36,574 bases of DNA from an uncultured Lachnospiraceae bacterium (GTDB lineage: Bacteria > Bacillota > Clostridia > Lachnospirales > Lachnospiraceae): NCBI GenBank assembly GCA_902803625.1, contig CADCQV010000294.1, positions 1 through 36,574 on the forward strand. The letters are read 5' to 3'. How positions within the stretch are numbered: position 1 is the stretch's first letter; the number at the start of each line of letters is the position of its first letter. Of the stretch, positions 36,574 to 36,574 are shown in pieces. The notes under the pieces were generated by a model. That model was not told the origin of the DNA, searched no databases, and saw only the letters and a program-made list of their open reading frames with translations. A program made the position numbers and the translations under genes.

Positions 36574-36574
36574 A

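Overview
This is a bacterial chromosomal window. Gene content and style suggest an anaerobic Firmicute, probably a gut or rumen Lachnospiraceae-like organism (inference). It is mostly housekeeping and metabolic: a methionine ABC transporter (metI/metQ), purC, a DUF6311-like membrane protein, an aconitase-family hydratase, glgP, a type-2 ileS, an orphan sugar-binding lipoprotein, a feoA-feoA-feoB operon with a divergent DtxR/MntR-family regulator, a MATE transporter, an HD protein, TPP riboswitch-thiT followed by an AmmeMemoRadiSam pair and a degenerate CapF-like gene, DAHP synthase, iorA-iorB-paaK-ACT, tRNA-Pro and tRNA-Gly, then an ECF S-component, a small protein, an ECF sigma factor, a MalY/PatB enzyme and a STAS-phosphotransferase fusion cut by the window edge. 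No CRISPR array, transposase, integrase or rRNA was seen. The most notable signals outside the ORF track are: (1) a candidate csRNA-like small RNA with anti-SD and anti-AUG motifs (~22120-22213); (2) two distant acidic lipoproteins sharing an unrecognised ~160-aa domain; (3) a family of TGTCA-tagged REP-like palindromes at four loci; (4) a missed FeoB-associated Cys-rich gene that links an orphan DNA methyltransferase to the feo operon; (5) the apparent coupling of the AmmeMemoRadiSam genes and a reductase-degenerate CapF to a TPP riboswitch; (6) an HGD-to-HGN change in the STAS-kinase fusion; (7) integrase arm-like repeats after tRNA-Gly. All family assignments come from motif recognition by eye; no database searches were run.
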